From the NCBI GenBank assembly GCA_951406725.2, contig OX597817.1, positions 20,708,001 to 20,772,000 on the forward strand: 64,000 nucleotides of DNA. Reading direction: 5' to 3'. Position 1 is the stretch's first letter, and each line of letters begins with the position of its first letter. Position numbers and translations under genes: made by a program. This document shows positions 26,515 to 40,855 of this stretch, piece by piece. The notes under the pieces were generated by a model. The model searched no databases. It saw nothing but the letters and a program-made list of their open reading frames with translations, and had not been told where the DNA came from. The stretch is from Octopus vulgaris. Its lineage: Eukaryota.

Positions 26515-26680
26515 ATAAAACATCCCGCAGATAGATGCATACAATGTAGCGATCATTTGGACACCTGTGCACAATTTTCCCTCTTCATAAAGTAAATGAA
26601 GAGAACGATCTTCTCCAGAAGGCAAAACAAGCATATTTCATAAGATTTCTGAGTCCGAAACTAAACCGGAAATAGTCAAC
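26515..26680 (+). pseudogene. Second PLE GIY-YIG C-terminal relic (different subtype)
   Basis: Frameshifted KHP...CSDHLDTCA..FPLHK...AYFIRFLSPKLN, resembling the FIxxxxPxLN end of PLE endonucleases. Confidence 0.55.
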
Positions 26681-26967
26681 AACAAATTTACCGAAAACAA
26701 CTTTCACTATATGTAATAACACGTGGCAGAAGACGTTAAGAACTGAAAGCGCTAGCACATCTATTAAAGGAAAAAACCACACACATATTGTGGAACTCTG
26801 CCCAGAGGTTAGTGCCTTTCGACTTTCTAAAAAGGTTCTTTTCTCAATCTTAACTCTTTGAGAAAAGATTCTGTCTTCAAATATTAAAGCGGTATACAGG
26901 AATATCCAAAACACTACAAATACATATCGATACATATAGATATGTGTATATATTTGTTTTTCTCTCC

Positions 26968-27183
26968 TCAACATCGCTTGACAATCAATGTTGGTGTGCT
27001 TAGCTCTCCGTAACCAAGTGGTTCAGCGAAAGACACCGATAGCGTAAGTACTAGGCTTACAAAAAATAAGTCCTAGGGTCGGTTTGTTCGACCCATGCTA
27101 GAGTGCCGCCTTTCGGCAGTACTCTAGCATAGCCGAAGTCAAATGACTGAAGCAAGTAAAAGAAAACTAAAAGAATAAAAGAA
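26968..27183 (+). mobile_element. SINE family B, 3' fragment
   Basis: catcgcttgacaa...aataagtcctagggtcg...gtcaaatgactgaagcaagtaaaaga. Confidence 0.75.
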
Positions 27184-27281
27184 TGCATACATACACATAC
27201 ATACAAATATATAATCATATGTGCACAAATATGAGGGTATACATACGCAGGACTGGGATCTTTTATAATATTTAGTATCGT

Positions 27282-27677
27282 CGCAGGAATGGTTGTGTGA
27301 TAAGTAGCTTGCTTACCAACCAAACGGATCCATGTTTAGTCCCACTGCGTAGAACCGCGAGCAAGAGTTTTCTACTATAGCCTCGGGCCGACGAAAGCTT
27401 TGTGAGTAGATTTGGCAGACGGAAACTGAAAGAATCCCTTCGTTTATATATATATATATATATATGTTTGTGTGTCTGTGTTAGTCCCCCCAACATCACC
27501 TGACAACCGATGCTGGTGTGTTTACGTCCCCGTAACTTAGCGTTTCAGCAAAAATACTAGAATAAATTCTATGCTCACAAAGAATAAGTCCTGGCGCCGA
27601 TTTGTTCTATTAAAGGCGGTGCTCCAGCATGGCCGTAGTCAAAAGACTGAAACGAATAAAAAAAATAAAAGAAAAAG
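27282..27677 (+). mobile_element. SINE family B, full length
   Basis: Colinear with 24311-24798. Confidence 0.85.
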
Positions 27678-27903
27678 GTATACTGTTATACCCGATCTTG
27701 TCTGATTTGCTTTGGTCTTTCTCCTTTTATTTCCCCTTTAATTTTCTACGTTATTTAGATCTTGTGTGTTGTTTATTGCTAATTAATTGGGCGAGCAACC
27801 GAAATCACTTTTCAGAGAATATATGTATCAATACAAGATATTTGTTGTATTATATACAAATATCCGTCTCCGCATCAATCACATTCTTCTAAGGTTTAGG
27901 TTG

Positions 27904-27923
27904 TTATTATTATTATTATTATG

Positions 27924-28000
<77 letters not shown>

Positions 28001-28006
28001 CATTAT
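27904..28006. repeat. (ATT)n microsatellite
   Basis: Direct reading. Confidence 0.95.
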
Positions 28007-28152
28007 ATTTTTTTAGATAATTACAAAATATATTGATATTATTCAGACAAGCTTATATGACTTGCATAGAAATTATCAGGGGATGGGAATTTACATATTA
28101 TCAATATACATAAGGTTAGCAAAGATCCAACATATATGTAAATACACACACA

Positions 28153-28194
<42 letters not shown>

Positions 28195-28782
28195 CGCATA
28201 CACACATAGGCACTTCACAAACACACAGGTACACACACATATGTATCAATATTCATCTATATATGTATAGATATGTATATATGCATGTGCATTGATATAT
28301 ATATTTATATATGCGTATGCTTGTATGAATATGCATACACACGTGTATACATACATGCATACACACGTGTATACATACATGCAAACACCCGTGTATACAT
28401 ACATGCATATAATCATACACATATACATATACATGCATACACACATGCACGTATACACATATGTATATAAGAAATATTCGTTAGCTTTGAATACACAATA
28501 TTTCATAGTACAATTTTTTATAGTGTCGCAGTTGTTTCGTGGGTTCTAAGAATTTTTTTTTCATGACTTATTCATTGCATAAAGTATTTAAATATGATTG
28601 GGTACTCTTTCTACTTCATATAGCGTAAAGTGACGCTAATAGACGCAATATTAATATTGAAATATTCAGTAAATTGATAAAGAAATACTAACACCCAATA
28701 ATGCACATACATATTAATACCTACAGATATATACATATAATTATATGTATAGAAAAGAAAATAATTAATGTTGGTATGTTCT

Positions 28783-28838
<56 letters not shown>

Positions 28839-28997
28839 TATATATACATACACACATACATGTATTTATATTTATATATATATATATATGTATGTGTTTA
28901 TTATAGCTTATATCCGCGTGCATATATATATATATATGCATACATATATATACATATACATACATATCTACATATATATATATATACATATAGATAT

Positions 28998-29051
<54 letters not shown>

Positions 29052-31987
29052 CTGTGTGTGTATGCGTGAGTCTATGTATGTGAATGCGTATATCACACTG
29101 TAAATATGTATTATATCGTATGTTATATATGTTTTATTACATTTATTATTTTGTATGAAACACAGGACTACGTTTATAGATATTTTTTATCAATATATTT
29201 ATTTCATATACTCATATGAGTTTAATGCAATGTATCGGAACATCGATTTTCCTAATGCTATCAGTAATGTTTGTCGGCCTTCAACGTGTTATTTTCCTGA
29301 AAGGATGTAATAGATAGCTACATTCCATAGCACTGCCAATGTGACTGGTGTAAACTTCATCTGCGTATATATACACCATCCCTCAAGTGATCTTTCTTGT
29401 TTGAGTTTATTATAGCTTATCAGTTACTGGTATTGTAACGCTCAAGCATGTCCAGTGCTTTTTGGTGGACGAAGTACTGCACAGAATTGTTAGTCACTGA
29501 TGTTCCCTATCTTGTTCATTTTATGTTCTGCAATTTAGTGCGTTAAAATGATCATTACTGTAAATATGTCTCATATATTTGTGGTCTCTATAACTCCTAG
29601 TTTTATCAAGTTTAGAGCATACATTTTTACACCGAGATTATATATCACATGGTTCAGTTATCTCTGTTCTTGGATGAACCTATTTGAAGCGTCTTTCATC
29701 CATCGTTTGCACGTACGATATATATATATATAGAAGCCCGAACGGGTGCTAATAATTCCAAGAACAAAACTATAAGCACGCGAGATTTATTTAGCAAAAT
29801 AAACATAAAAATTTCGAACATAATAATAACGCTAATTACAAAATATATGGAGAAAAATTGCCTACAAAATTCCTCTCCATGTCTATATATACGAATGTTC
29901 AAAACTCACAAAGATGCATGCCTACGGGTTTATATATATGTGTATGCGTGAGTGAGTGTGTGTGTGTGTCTATGGTTATATCTGGGAGTGTTTGCAGCGA
30001 CAGAATGTACCCAATATATGTAAGCGAGGTTATTCATCCGATCAGACTGAAAATTCTGTTATCAGACTTCGAAGACTTATTTCGTAATTACACAGAGAGT
30101 TCTACAGAAGTACGTTTTTGTGGGTTCCGGTAATGAAAACCCGAATCCTGATCAGTTATACGGAAATGACCGTCGGCTTTGACCAGCCTTGGCAAGTTGG
30201 TAAAGCGTATAACACCGTACAACGATAAGCTGTTGGTGGTTAGGGATTTTCTTGTGTAAAAATGTACAAGATTCTTTCGCATCACTGAATTCTCTCGTAC
30301 TACAAAGCTGAGTACACAAACTCACGTGACCATTGAGACAAATGAAAAGTGAATGATTTGTGTAAAGCCATATAATTGCTACCTCGAGGTCCGAAAACAC
30401 AAACGAAGTTCCTCTCTGAAATTGTTGTTCGTAACAGTTTGAAAAATCCTTCCTGACGACAAAACCTGTGTAGAGTCTAGTTCACATTCTTCAAAACAAT
30501 ACGTATGCGTCTATGTATAGTAGGTTAAGTAATACCATTCGAACAACTGTAATTTGACAATTAAATTTAATAATTTTCAATCGATTATCTTCCACCAATA
30601 TATAATTTCGATTTCTATCTTCGGGTTTTGTTTGTTTTGCTTTTGTTTTGTGATTTTTTTGCGTTGATTTTTAAAATTCATTCTCATTATATCGTCTCTT
30701 GTAAACTTTCAAAAGTTTATGGTTTTCACTGAAAACTATTAACTCAATCATGACATGTTTGAAAATATTATCACGTTAGACGCTCTTCTATCAATAATAC
30801 GTTCACATTGAATACCGCTAGCAAGACCATCACCAACCTATTTTAGCCCCTCTTTTAAAATGGCAGGTGAGTGTTCAGCACTGAAAGTGTAGATAATTCA
30901 AATATAAAATTAGATTCCATTGAGGAAATTAGATTTGATGCACTTTACATTCAGAAATCGACTTGTTTTAAACAACATCACCTTCAGCCAGATTCTAAAA
31001 TTTATAACTAAACTCTTCGTATTTTAACATCTAATAATTTTGTTATCAGAATGCAATTAATCAAAATTAAACAACGCTCCCAATGTTGATTCAATCGAAA
31101 ACAAGTGCCCGTTAATTGAAGAGGTGGATATATTTGTTTGCTTTTGATTGCCGTATGTGTGTTGCTTGTTGATTTGTTATTGTTATGTTACCTTTTTTTT
31201 TTTTTTTTTTGCTTATCTTGTTATTAAAATAATCTTGTTTATATTTTTATACTTCTTGTTTTTGTCTTATTCGTTTTTACTTCTGTCTCATTGAATATAA
31301 CGTACTTGTTGATTCTATCTATAGTTCTGATATTCTACCTCTTTACGAAACGATATGTTGAAAGTCATAAAGAGGAAGTGTGCAGGCACATATATTTCTA
31401 TAGAAAAGCTAGAATAGAATTGTAAACATAATGACATGCTGAAAGGTTGTTGAGCGATTTCTAAAATTGTATTTCTTTTTATAGTTAGGTCTTGTTTTTC
31501 GCTTTGCGTTGATGGTATTTCGTTTGTACTGAATGTTGCATTTAAAATTTCAATACAGTTACAATTTGATTGTTAATATGTACAATAGTTGTCTTTGTAT
31601 TCCCATTTAATTTCTCTGTCAGTTATAATATATGAAAAGGCTTCTATTCACGTTGTAACAGTTAAATATTGTATTGCAGTTCCGTGCTAAAGGATATGAA
31701 TATCTCTTGAAATAGTAAGTTATGGAGAGAGAAATAACTTACGTTTTCGGTAAAGGGAGAGAAGTGTGTATTTCTGTGAAATAAGTACCCACTGACAACT
31801 CTGTATATCAATTATTTCCCTAGTATTTCATTTACCGAAAAGCTGATAAAGATTACATAATTACTGCGGCTGCGATTGTCCCTGCAGACGAGTAACTGCT
31901 TAAATAATTATGTCGTGTCTGAACCTACTTTCCTGGTGATTAGTTTGTGAACAGGAAGGGGAAAATATGTAATTAACCAACTTCTAA

Positions 31988-32381
31988 TCTTTATATATAA
32001 AAGAGAGGTTGTGTGCTCTCTGTCTCCTACGATTTAGATTCCTAACTACTCCCACATTTTGCGGTGCAGTTTAACCAAAACCGGGTATCTTATAATCGTG
32101 ATTCATATCGAGCTCTTCTTGGTATTAGCGCGCGTCTACGATGAGTCTACGATTTAAAAAAAATTCACCATCAATTTTTCCCATTTTAATGCATTTTTGG
32201 CATATATAAGGGAAGTAACTCTGTAAAAATGTATCATTAAATCTCAGAACGTAAAAAGCTACAGTAACAACCCCCCCCTTGTGGTTAGCCATATTGAGAT
32301 GGCTATTATACTTTACATCTCTAAAATGCTTATATAGTTATTTCCCTTACAAACCCGAGCAACGCCGGGCGATACTGCTAG
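31988..32381 (+). mobile_element. Non-autonomous Helitron
   Basis: A|TCtttatatataaaag...cccgagcaacgccgggcgatactgCTAG|T: canonical TC/CTAG termini, subterminal hairpin, insertion between A and T, no TSD; homologous to 37277-37674. Confidence 0.88.
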
Positions 32382-32714
32382 TTCTGTATATTTACTCAAT
32401 AAAAATTTATATCAAGCATCTAACAAAATATCGGCGGCAACATATTCAGAGTTGATGCTCGGTTAGAACGTTCTAGAATTTATATCAAAATGTAAGTGAC
32501 GAAATTTATTTATAAAATATATACATTTTCTATATAAGTATTTTAGTGCTTTCACGCAATGGACAATAAGAACTCTTACGGAGATCCATAAAAGAATTCG
32601 TAGACAATATCGAACCCAAGCGTTACATTAATCTGGTAAAAGTTTGACGTCGTCACTATCCTAAAACACTACTGAAAGGAACATGAAATGAGATCAAGCG
32701 CAAATTCATACATT

Positions 32715-32995
32715 AATTGAGACCCCCTTCGGTCATGGCTGACCGTGGGCTTACACCTGGAAAGTTACTCTCCCAGGCATAAGTCTGGGCAAGGTTGTTT
32801 ATGGAAGACCAGCAGTGTCCCATGCATACCGGCCTCCCCTCTCCGCTACCAGTGTTATCCAAGGGAAAGGCAAAGGCCGATACAGCTTGGCACCTGTGAC
32901 GTCGCAACTCGTTTCTACAGCTGAGTGAACTGAAGCAATGTGAAATAAAGTGTCTTGCTCAAGAACACAACACGCAGCCCGGTCCGGGATTCGAA
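32715..32995 (-). mobile_element. SINE related to family D, 5'-truncated, different tail
   Basis: Minus strand gttcgaatcccggaccgggctgcgtgttgtgttcttgagcaagacactttatttcac...cactcagctg. Confidence 0.75.
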
Positions 32996-33034
32996 CATAC
33001 ATGCACGTACAGACACACTCACACACACATATAT

Positions 33035-35085
33035 ACGGTGATTGCCTCCTTTTTATACAGAGCCTGACCACCGCTTGTATTTACATGGTAGATCTATCAT
33101 GGCGTCTGATAGACCCACATAAATTGCATATCTGCTTTGTACCACCAAGATCTGCATTTGAATTCTGATCTTTGTGGATTTTAAAATGTTTGTTAAGGAC
33201 TCCGTTAGATTTGTAGATCTTATCCCATACATGGCATTGACAGGCATGCACAGATGTATAGGTCAAGTATTTGGTGGAGAGTAGTTTTAGTTGGTATACA
33301 AATGAGCTTTGAGCCCAGCAAAAGAAAGTCATGATGTGTCGCAAATAGTGCCGACAAAAAGTTGGTTGGGATTAATTTTTTCGTTCCTTATAGTTTTCTT
33401 CTTTACATTTGTGTTGAGCTTCGCTTTGTTGATGCTGGTTTCTTCAAAAGCTTTCACTCAACTCCACACGCCATCCAAATCAATCCGAAGAAAGATCTTC
33501 TATTGTCTTTGGATCCATTCCAAGTGACATGTTAGTGGTTATACTGTCCTTAGACCTCTCTTTAGGTTTACACTGATCGCGTTTCCTTCTGCAAGTTGGC
33601 CATAAAACAACTATTTGGATCTACGTTCATCCGTCATTCGAGCGATGTGGCCAGACCATCTCATTTGATTTTTCAAGATCACTGATTTAAGTGAACTGAT
33701 TCCTGCAGATTCAAAAATATCTGTGTCTGGAGTAAAAAAAGTTCTATTCAAGAAGGTTTAAATTGCGGCGAAGGCATTTTTCGTGGAAAACTTTGTAACA
33801 ATTTGAAGTCGCCGGCACCAAACATGCTTGCGTTGCCCTTTGAATTTCGAAATGCATTTATGTGTCCTGTTTTCCATCATGTACTGGTGTAATTTAAACC
33901 TGCATTTCTGTGTCCAGTTTTCCATCATGCACTGGTGTAATTTAAAAGTTCTAATAGAATACGGGTAGGTACCTTTCCAACTACAGACAAAAGCGAAATC
34001 CCACAAAAATTACCACACAGATTATTTGGCATCAAGTTATACATGGAGACTAAAATATAATCAATCCAGAGGCACTTCCTCTGTTCTCTAACAGTGACAC
34101 ATTAATATATTTAAGAGTTCAAAAAAATCGTTACCCCTATACTTCAAGATATTTGGACAGATCCCATCAGACACTGCGGATTTGTGATTCAGCATATCCA
34201 CAGCTAAATGAAGGCCATTTACAGTTGGTTCAAATGTCATTTCCTCTGTAACCGAAAGGGGTTCGATTTTCTCTATCATATTCATCGCAACAGCTGGTGG
34301 TCTATTCAAAACTGCAGAAAAATTCTACCTATGACTTATGAATAGAAGCGGTGTCAATCAAAAGCAAACATCCATTTGCTGTTCTCACTGGAGGTATTGA
34401 AGAAGATTTTGGGCCATATACATACTTAGTCCTTGGCATCATTTCTATAAGCTATTTCTTGCGCTCCCTTTGCCTTGCCGTTCACCATTCCTGTTTAATT
34501 TTCCTTAGAACTGACCGCACTTTCTCTTTCAGCTTTCTGTAAGCATTGTTTGAATTGGGGTTCAGGGACTGAGAAAGAAGTGTGTTGCATAAATTATGTT
34601 TTTCTAAAACCAGATGAGTAATTCCTGGTGATTTGTCTGAAGATCAGTCGGTGGACATACGACAGTTAAATCCCATTGAAGAATATGCAGTCTGAAATAC
34701 TTTGTTTTAAAATCTTCCCATAGATTGTTTGGATCAAGACTGATACTTTCTATAGCATCGTGGGATGTTTGCACGTTGCTTGCTAACTTGAAATTTGTAA
34801 CATCTTCGGACCAGATTATCGACTTTTATGCATTATAAAAATATTCATTTCCCCACGCACTAGACAATGGTTAATCCAGCTCTCTGCTCCCCTCACAGCC
34901 TGAGCACTAGAATCACTTTTCTTATCACGCTTTTTGATCAAAATATAATCTAGATATATGAGATGCCAGCCCTTTGATTTTGGGTACATTCAGGTGGTTT
35001 TATATTTATTGCTCTCCTTCAACAAAGTGTTGATAACATCCTGATTATTCTCAGTACAAAAACGTTAAAATATCTCCACCACTCA
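33035..35085 (-). pseudogene. RTE-clade LINE relic: APE endonuclease end, pre-RT linker, C-terminal domain and C2H2-like fingers; RT core largely missing
   Basis: Frameshifted minus-strand peptides: [30 protein letters not shown] (APE); NRPP..EPT..AVDMLNHKSAVSDGICPNILKYRG; QMRWSGHIARMTDERRSK*LFYGQLAEG; CHVWDKIYKSNGVLNKHFKIH. Confidence 0.88.
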
Positions 35086-35105
35086 ATAAAAGCATGTATT
35101 GTATC

Positions 35106-35148
<43 letters not shown>

Positions 35149-35225
35149 CATATTTATACACACACAGACACACAGACAAAGACAGAGACTCACACACACA
35201 CATACATACATATATGTATATATAT

Positions 35226-35262
<37 letters not shown>

Positions 35263-35302
35263 AAAGCATGTATTGTATCTATAAATATATATATATATAT
35301 GT

Positions 35303-35500
<198 letters not shown>

Positions 35501-35567
35501 GTGGTGCTATTAAGTTAGACATGGCCTGGACCAATCTTTGGTCGAAACATATCTAAGTTTATATATA

Positions 35568-35666
<99 letters not shown>

Positions 35667-35778
35667 ATATTTATATATATGTGTGTGTGTGTATATATAT
35701 ATACATATATGTATGTATGTGTGTGTGTGAGTCTCTGTCTTTGTCTGTGTGTCTGTGTGTGTATAAATATGTATAAAA

Positions 35779-35815
<37 letters not shown>

Positions 35816-37276
35816 CATAAGTTGAAGAAAGTATTAGTTATATTGGAAGTAAAACAGCTTGTTGTGATCAAGTATGACTGTTCATATAGATATACATGGA
35901 AACATACATGTACGCATAAGCGCTGATATACACACACATACGCACACACACATAATTTACAAGCACTAAAATAACAGGAAATTTCACTTATCCAACACAC
36001 GTCACAGACCCCTCAACCACATGCGCTTACATACGCAAAACACTCACACCTTCCCAAAAAAATTTGATACCTTCTGTTTTCTACAGCTGAAGAATATGAG
36101 AACTGACCAAAAGTACTGCAATTGATAAAATGATTTGAAATTTTAGACATGTTATGGGATTCAACCATTTCAGAAAAAAATACGTGCAGATTTTTTTTGA
36201 TATGTTTGTTTCCTAATTGTTTGTGAATGATCGTTTAGGAGATGAAGTTATTTTCAATGAAGAATGAAAGATAATGAAACTTCGTAGGAAGCTGAATAAG
36301 TTCACTGTCGCTTTCGGAATGGGCTTACTAATATATAAAGCGACATGAATCATTGAGAATACTTATATCGCCACCGAATTTATAATTGAATTTCGCATAA
36401 AAAATATCGTTTGTTAGTAGAAAACTGCCACGCATGCCGAAATTATACATGATGATTTATGAGTAACAAGCCTATCAAAGTAGAATTACAATAAAGCCTA
36501 CACAGCCCATCAATCCGCAAACTATAATCTATAGAAAATTAACAAAATCAACTGAGATTATATTTCTTATTGGAACGGCCTCACCAGCTCTATATTTATC
36601 GAGTAAAATTACATCTTTATGACAAGGTAACGCAATTTATTGTAGTATTCTATCTCAGATTATAAATGTATGATGATACAAATTAAATAGATGTTCAAAT
36701 ATAAGTCTTTCAATAGTTAAATGATATCGGTTCAGATTATTGTACGTAGGCCAAGTATATGATATTGATAATATCTGAAGAAATGTCATAAAATGAAAAC
36801 AATTGTCGTGGATCTTAAAGAGAATTGAGGAAATCAATCGATATAGTCTGAAGTATTAACGGTATTTATCAACAAGTGACGAATGAAGGCTAGCATTCGG
36901 CAGGAATAGAACATCCTTTACCTAGTCTCTTCAAACTACGTGACAGATTTCATATTAGAATGTAAAACTTGGAACTGCAATCTGTGTACCACTCCAGCAT
37001 TTATATTTTCCGCCGTGTTTATACTGCATCAGACTGACATATTTGGACAATTTTAATTTTAATATATTAACAACGAAATAAACCTTGATATATATACGCA
37101 TTTACGCAACAATTCAATACACGATGCTTCTTAGTATATAGATCAAAGAACAAAGAACATCAACGAAATTGTGATAAATTTGTGATTTCACATCCTTTAT
37201 ATCATTAATGCCGAAGAAAATTTCAAGTAACTCCTACATGATCTCTGTCACACTGGTGATGCTGACAAGTGTGATA

Positions 37277-37674
37277 TCTTTATATGTAAAAGTGTAGTTG
37301 TGTGTCTGTCTCCTAGGATTTAGATTCCTAACTACTCCCACATTTTGCGGTGCAGTTTAACCAAAACCGAGTATCTTATAGTCGTGATTCATATCGAGCC
37401 CTTCTGGGTATTAGCGCGCGTCTAGGATGAGTCTACGACTTAAACAAAAAATTACCATCATTTTCTTCCGTTTTAATGCATTTTTTCGCTATTATATAAG
37501 GGAAGTAACTCTCTAAAAATGTCTACGATGAGTCAATGATTTTTAAAAAAATTTACCATAATTTTTTTTCCATTTTTAATGCATTTTTTTGCTATTTTTT
37601 GGCTATAGCTCTCTAAAAATGCTTATATATTTATTTCCCTTACAAACCCGAGCAACGCCGGGCGATACTGCTAG
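37277..37674 (+). mobile_element. Non-autonomous Helitron
   Basis: A|TCtttatatgtaaaag...cccgagcaacgccgggcgatactgCTAG|T; homolog of 31988-32381 with an internal duplication/indel. Confidence 0.88.
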
Positions 37675-37856
37675 TCTTTATATATTTCAAAAAGCCGAAT
37701 TTACTTCAGTCAGCTGGACTAAAATCATGCAGATTCAAATATTACGGCTACATCACAATTTAATTATTTGTCTACGTGGAAGCATGAAGTGCGAAGTAGC
37801 AATTAGATACTATGCATCAATATTATTTTCATACAAGACAATTTCTTAGATAGATA

Positions 37857-38006
37857 TTATTTACATTATTTACATTTGACGGATATTTCTCCTCATCGTG
37901 TTTGTTGCTAACATGACGTTTTGGCTAATGTACTCTTCAGCCTTCATCAGGTGTCCTGGTGGAATTTCGAATCCGAGTTCGAACCTAAGGTATTTTCCCG
38001 ATGTTG

Positions 38007-38061
<55 letters not shown>

Positions 38062-38565
38062 CATTATTATTATCGTTGTTGTTGTTGTTATTATGTAGTG
38101 CACTACCAGGGATCGAACTCGGAGTTATGGAGTGAATTTTAGAGCTTATAAGTCTAATATTTTTCATATCCTTCCTTAATACCGGTTCCCATATGCTACT
38201 CATATCGGCACTAGGCCTGCTTAGGAGGTTATTATACCCTAGCATATGCGCTGCCTCTTTGAGTTTTCGTATTTTCTCTATTATTTTAACTTCATCCTAC
38301 TTTGGGAGGTGGTCTCCGTTTTTTCGATACATAATTAGCTATACCCAATTTATCAATAACATCTCGAGTCACAGTCCTAAAATTGATTTCATAATTTCCC
38401 ACAGACATAGTGGTTAAGAGCGCGGGCTAACAACCCTGAGATTCCGAGTTCGAGTCCAGGCATTGACCTGAATAAAGACTGGAGAGTACATCAGCAGGAA
38501 AGTTGGGTTAGCAACAAACAAGATGAGGACAAATATCCATCAAATATACATAATGTACATCGTTC
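37857..38565 (-). mobile_element. 5'-truncated Penelope-like element: GIY-YIG C-terminus plus pLTR, with an inverted pLTR copy at the truncation point
   Basis: 38140-38345 (-) translates DEVKIIEKIRKLKEAAHMLGYNNLLSRPSADMSSIWEPVLRK. 37857-37945 and 38475-38560 are inverted copies of each other. Confidence 0.8.
37910..37955 (-). ncRNA. Minimal type I hammerhead motif, decayed
   Basis: gacac-CTGATGA-a-GGCTG-aagagtacat-TAGCC-aAAA-CG-TC-atgtt; GAAA is changed to AAAA; palindromic ACGT stem III typical of PLE minimal HHRs. Confidence 0.6.
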
Positions 38566-38674
38566 CTCATCTCTCAAATATAGACCTGTATCTTAGATGA
38601 AAACAGAATATTATTCCCGGGAGTTTTTCTTACATACTCTGACACTGAAAGTGGACGGATGCAGTTCACTTCTA

Positions 38675-38676
38675 CA

Positions 38677-38759
<83 letters not shown>

Positions 38760-38836
38760 CACTACTACTACTACTGCTGTTGCTGCTGCCACTGCTGCTA
38801 CTACTACTACTACTACTACTACAGCTACTACTACTA

Positions 38837-38873
<37 letters not shown>

Positions 38874-38923
38874 CGCTGCCACTGATACTGCTGCTGCTGC
38901 TACTACAGCTGCTACTACAGCTG

Positions 38924-38954
<31 letters not shown>

Positions 38955-39075
38955 AGCTACTACTACTACTACTACTACTGCTGCCGCTGCTGCTGCTATT
39001 GCTGCTCGACTGCTGCAGCTACTACTACTGCTGCTGCTACTACTACTACTACTAATACTACTACTACTACTACTA
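38675..39075. repeat. Compound (CTA)n/(CTG)n triplet repeat
   Basis: Direct reading; explains the poly-T/A/L/V ORFs. Confidence 0.95.
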
Positions 39076-40446
39076 TTTGCTATTTCGCTACTCCTGACGT
39101 TTGACTCTGTTTCATTATCACTAGAGTAGGTCTAATTTATTTAACGTAATGATGGTAAAAGGTGCAGACGAATCAAGTAGAGTTTAAATTCAGGACATAA
39201 ACGGAGGTTACTAAATACCGCAAGGAAGACTGTTATGTGATATGCTGGTTGTGGAATTTGTAGACCTGATTGAAATAATGCATATTTAAAAGAAAACATA
39301 TTTCTGTTTCCTTTAATCCTTATTGAATATGTGGCAATGAGATAAATCAATACCTACATACAGATATGATGACTATATGAAAATAGCAAATAGTCTCATT
39401 GTTAAAGTGAACCGTTGGCCTACTTAGCGGCATTTCGTTCATCGTTACGTTCTGAGACGAATTTTCGTGAAGGACGTCTTTTGCCTTTTATCGTTTCGGG
39501 GTATTTGCAATAAGAAGCACTGAGGTCGTCTATGTAATCGTCTTGATGCCTGCCCACAAATATCAGGTTTTGTGACTTTAAGAAGAATTATTAAAGAAGT
39601 TATATACAACTAGCTTGAACTGCTTCCAAAGTATGCGCACCTGGAATTTAGATCGTGATGTTAAAATATACGATTGTCTGTACCGTTAATATAGTCTCAC
39701 ACTGAAATACTTATGCGGTTTGCTTTATATTAAATATATACTTATCGTCTCCAAGCTAGTTCCATACTTACTACCGTGAAAGCCTAGCATTTACAGTAGT
39801 TTCGCTTCATTAAATATTTCGAGTATATCTAAGCTTTGTTAGTTAATGTTACATCGAGCGAAATCTTGAAAGTGTATCGTTATATCAAATATTTCCATAA
39901 AAAAAGTTTTATTACGTAGAAACGATAAGATTGTGTAGAATGGAACATCCGAAAACACGTAGTGACGTCCATAAAATTATGCTAAGGAATTCTAGTTTGT
40001 GGGTTTTGCTATTATATAGAAAATTTCTGTGGTGTTATTTTACACACTCTTGATATAATGATGACCAGTCGTAGATTATGATAACAGAATAATCAAGAAC
40101 TTAGTTTAAATAGTTAATTAGAATTTGAAACAATGACAATTAAATTCCCTTCTGACAATCGCTTCAATATCTTGTTTTGAAGAAAATATGGGTTACACCA
40201 GAGTTCAGAAGTGATTAGTATATAATTCTCATTAGAATTCGAGGATAATTATGTAAGCGATATCCGTATCTGTCTGCATGTATGTATCTGTATGTGCAAG
40301 TGTGTTTATTATATCAAAAGACAGAATATACCAAATTTTGCCCTGGGATAAGCTATTATTTGTAACCAGCGTAGCGTGTCCTATCCCAGATAATGGTCGA
40401 AGATTGCAAAATATCTTTTAATATTTCGATTTTTTAACTCGAAAAA

Positions 40447-40855
40447 TGAGCTGGCAGAATCATTAGAGCGTGGTCTTCACGTTCTTAGTCCAAATTACGC
40501 CGATGTCTACCTTGCCTTTCATCATTTCGTATTCGATAGATTCAGTACTAGTTGAACACAAGTTGAAGTAATGAAAGAAAACTTGGCCCTAATATTTTTG
40601 GCCTTGTACCAAAATTTGAATTTAAAAAATTTGTTTTAATAAGGCACTGAAAGGCAAGAATGCTTATCTTGCTGGACAAAATGCTAAGCAGCATTTCTTC
40701 CGAATTTACCGTCTTAGTTCAAATTCCGTAGAAGTCAAATCGCATCTCATCGTTTTGGAGACGACAAAACGCCCTAGCTGTTGAGGTTCGGAATTCATGC
40801 AATCGACATATATCCTTTCCCAGAATTGCTGACCTTGTGCCAAATTTCAAAACTA
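40447..40855 (+). mobile_element. Two adjacent diverged SINE family C copies (another at ~39410-39590)
   Basis: gagctggcagaatcattag...agtccaaatt...ttgcctttcatcatttcg...ggccttgtaccaaaatttgaa, then aatgctaagcagcatttc...agttcaaattcc...gaccttgtgccaaatttcaaa. Confidence 0.65.

Noticed and set aside
38574-39129. Mucin-like poly-Thr/Ala ORF (156 aa)
   Set aside because: Pure (CTA/CTG)n repeat open in several frames on both strands; no splice or domain support.
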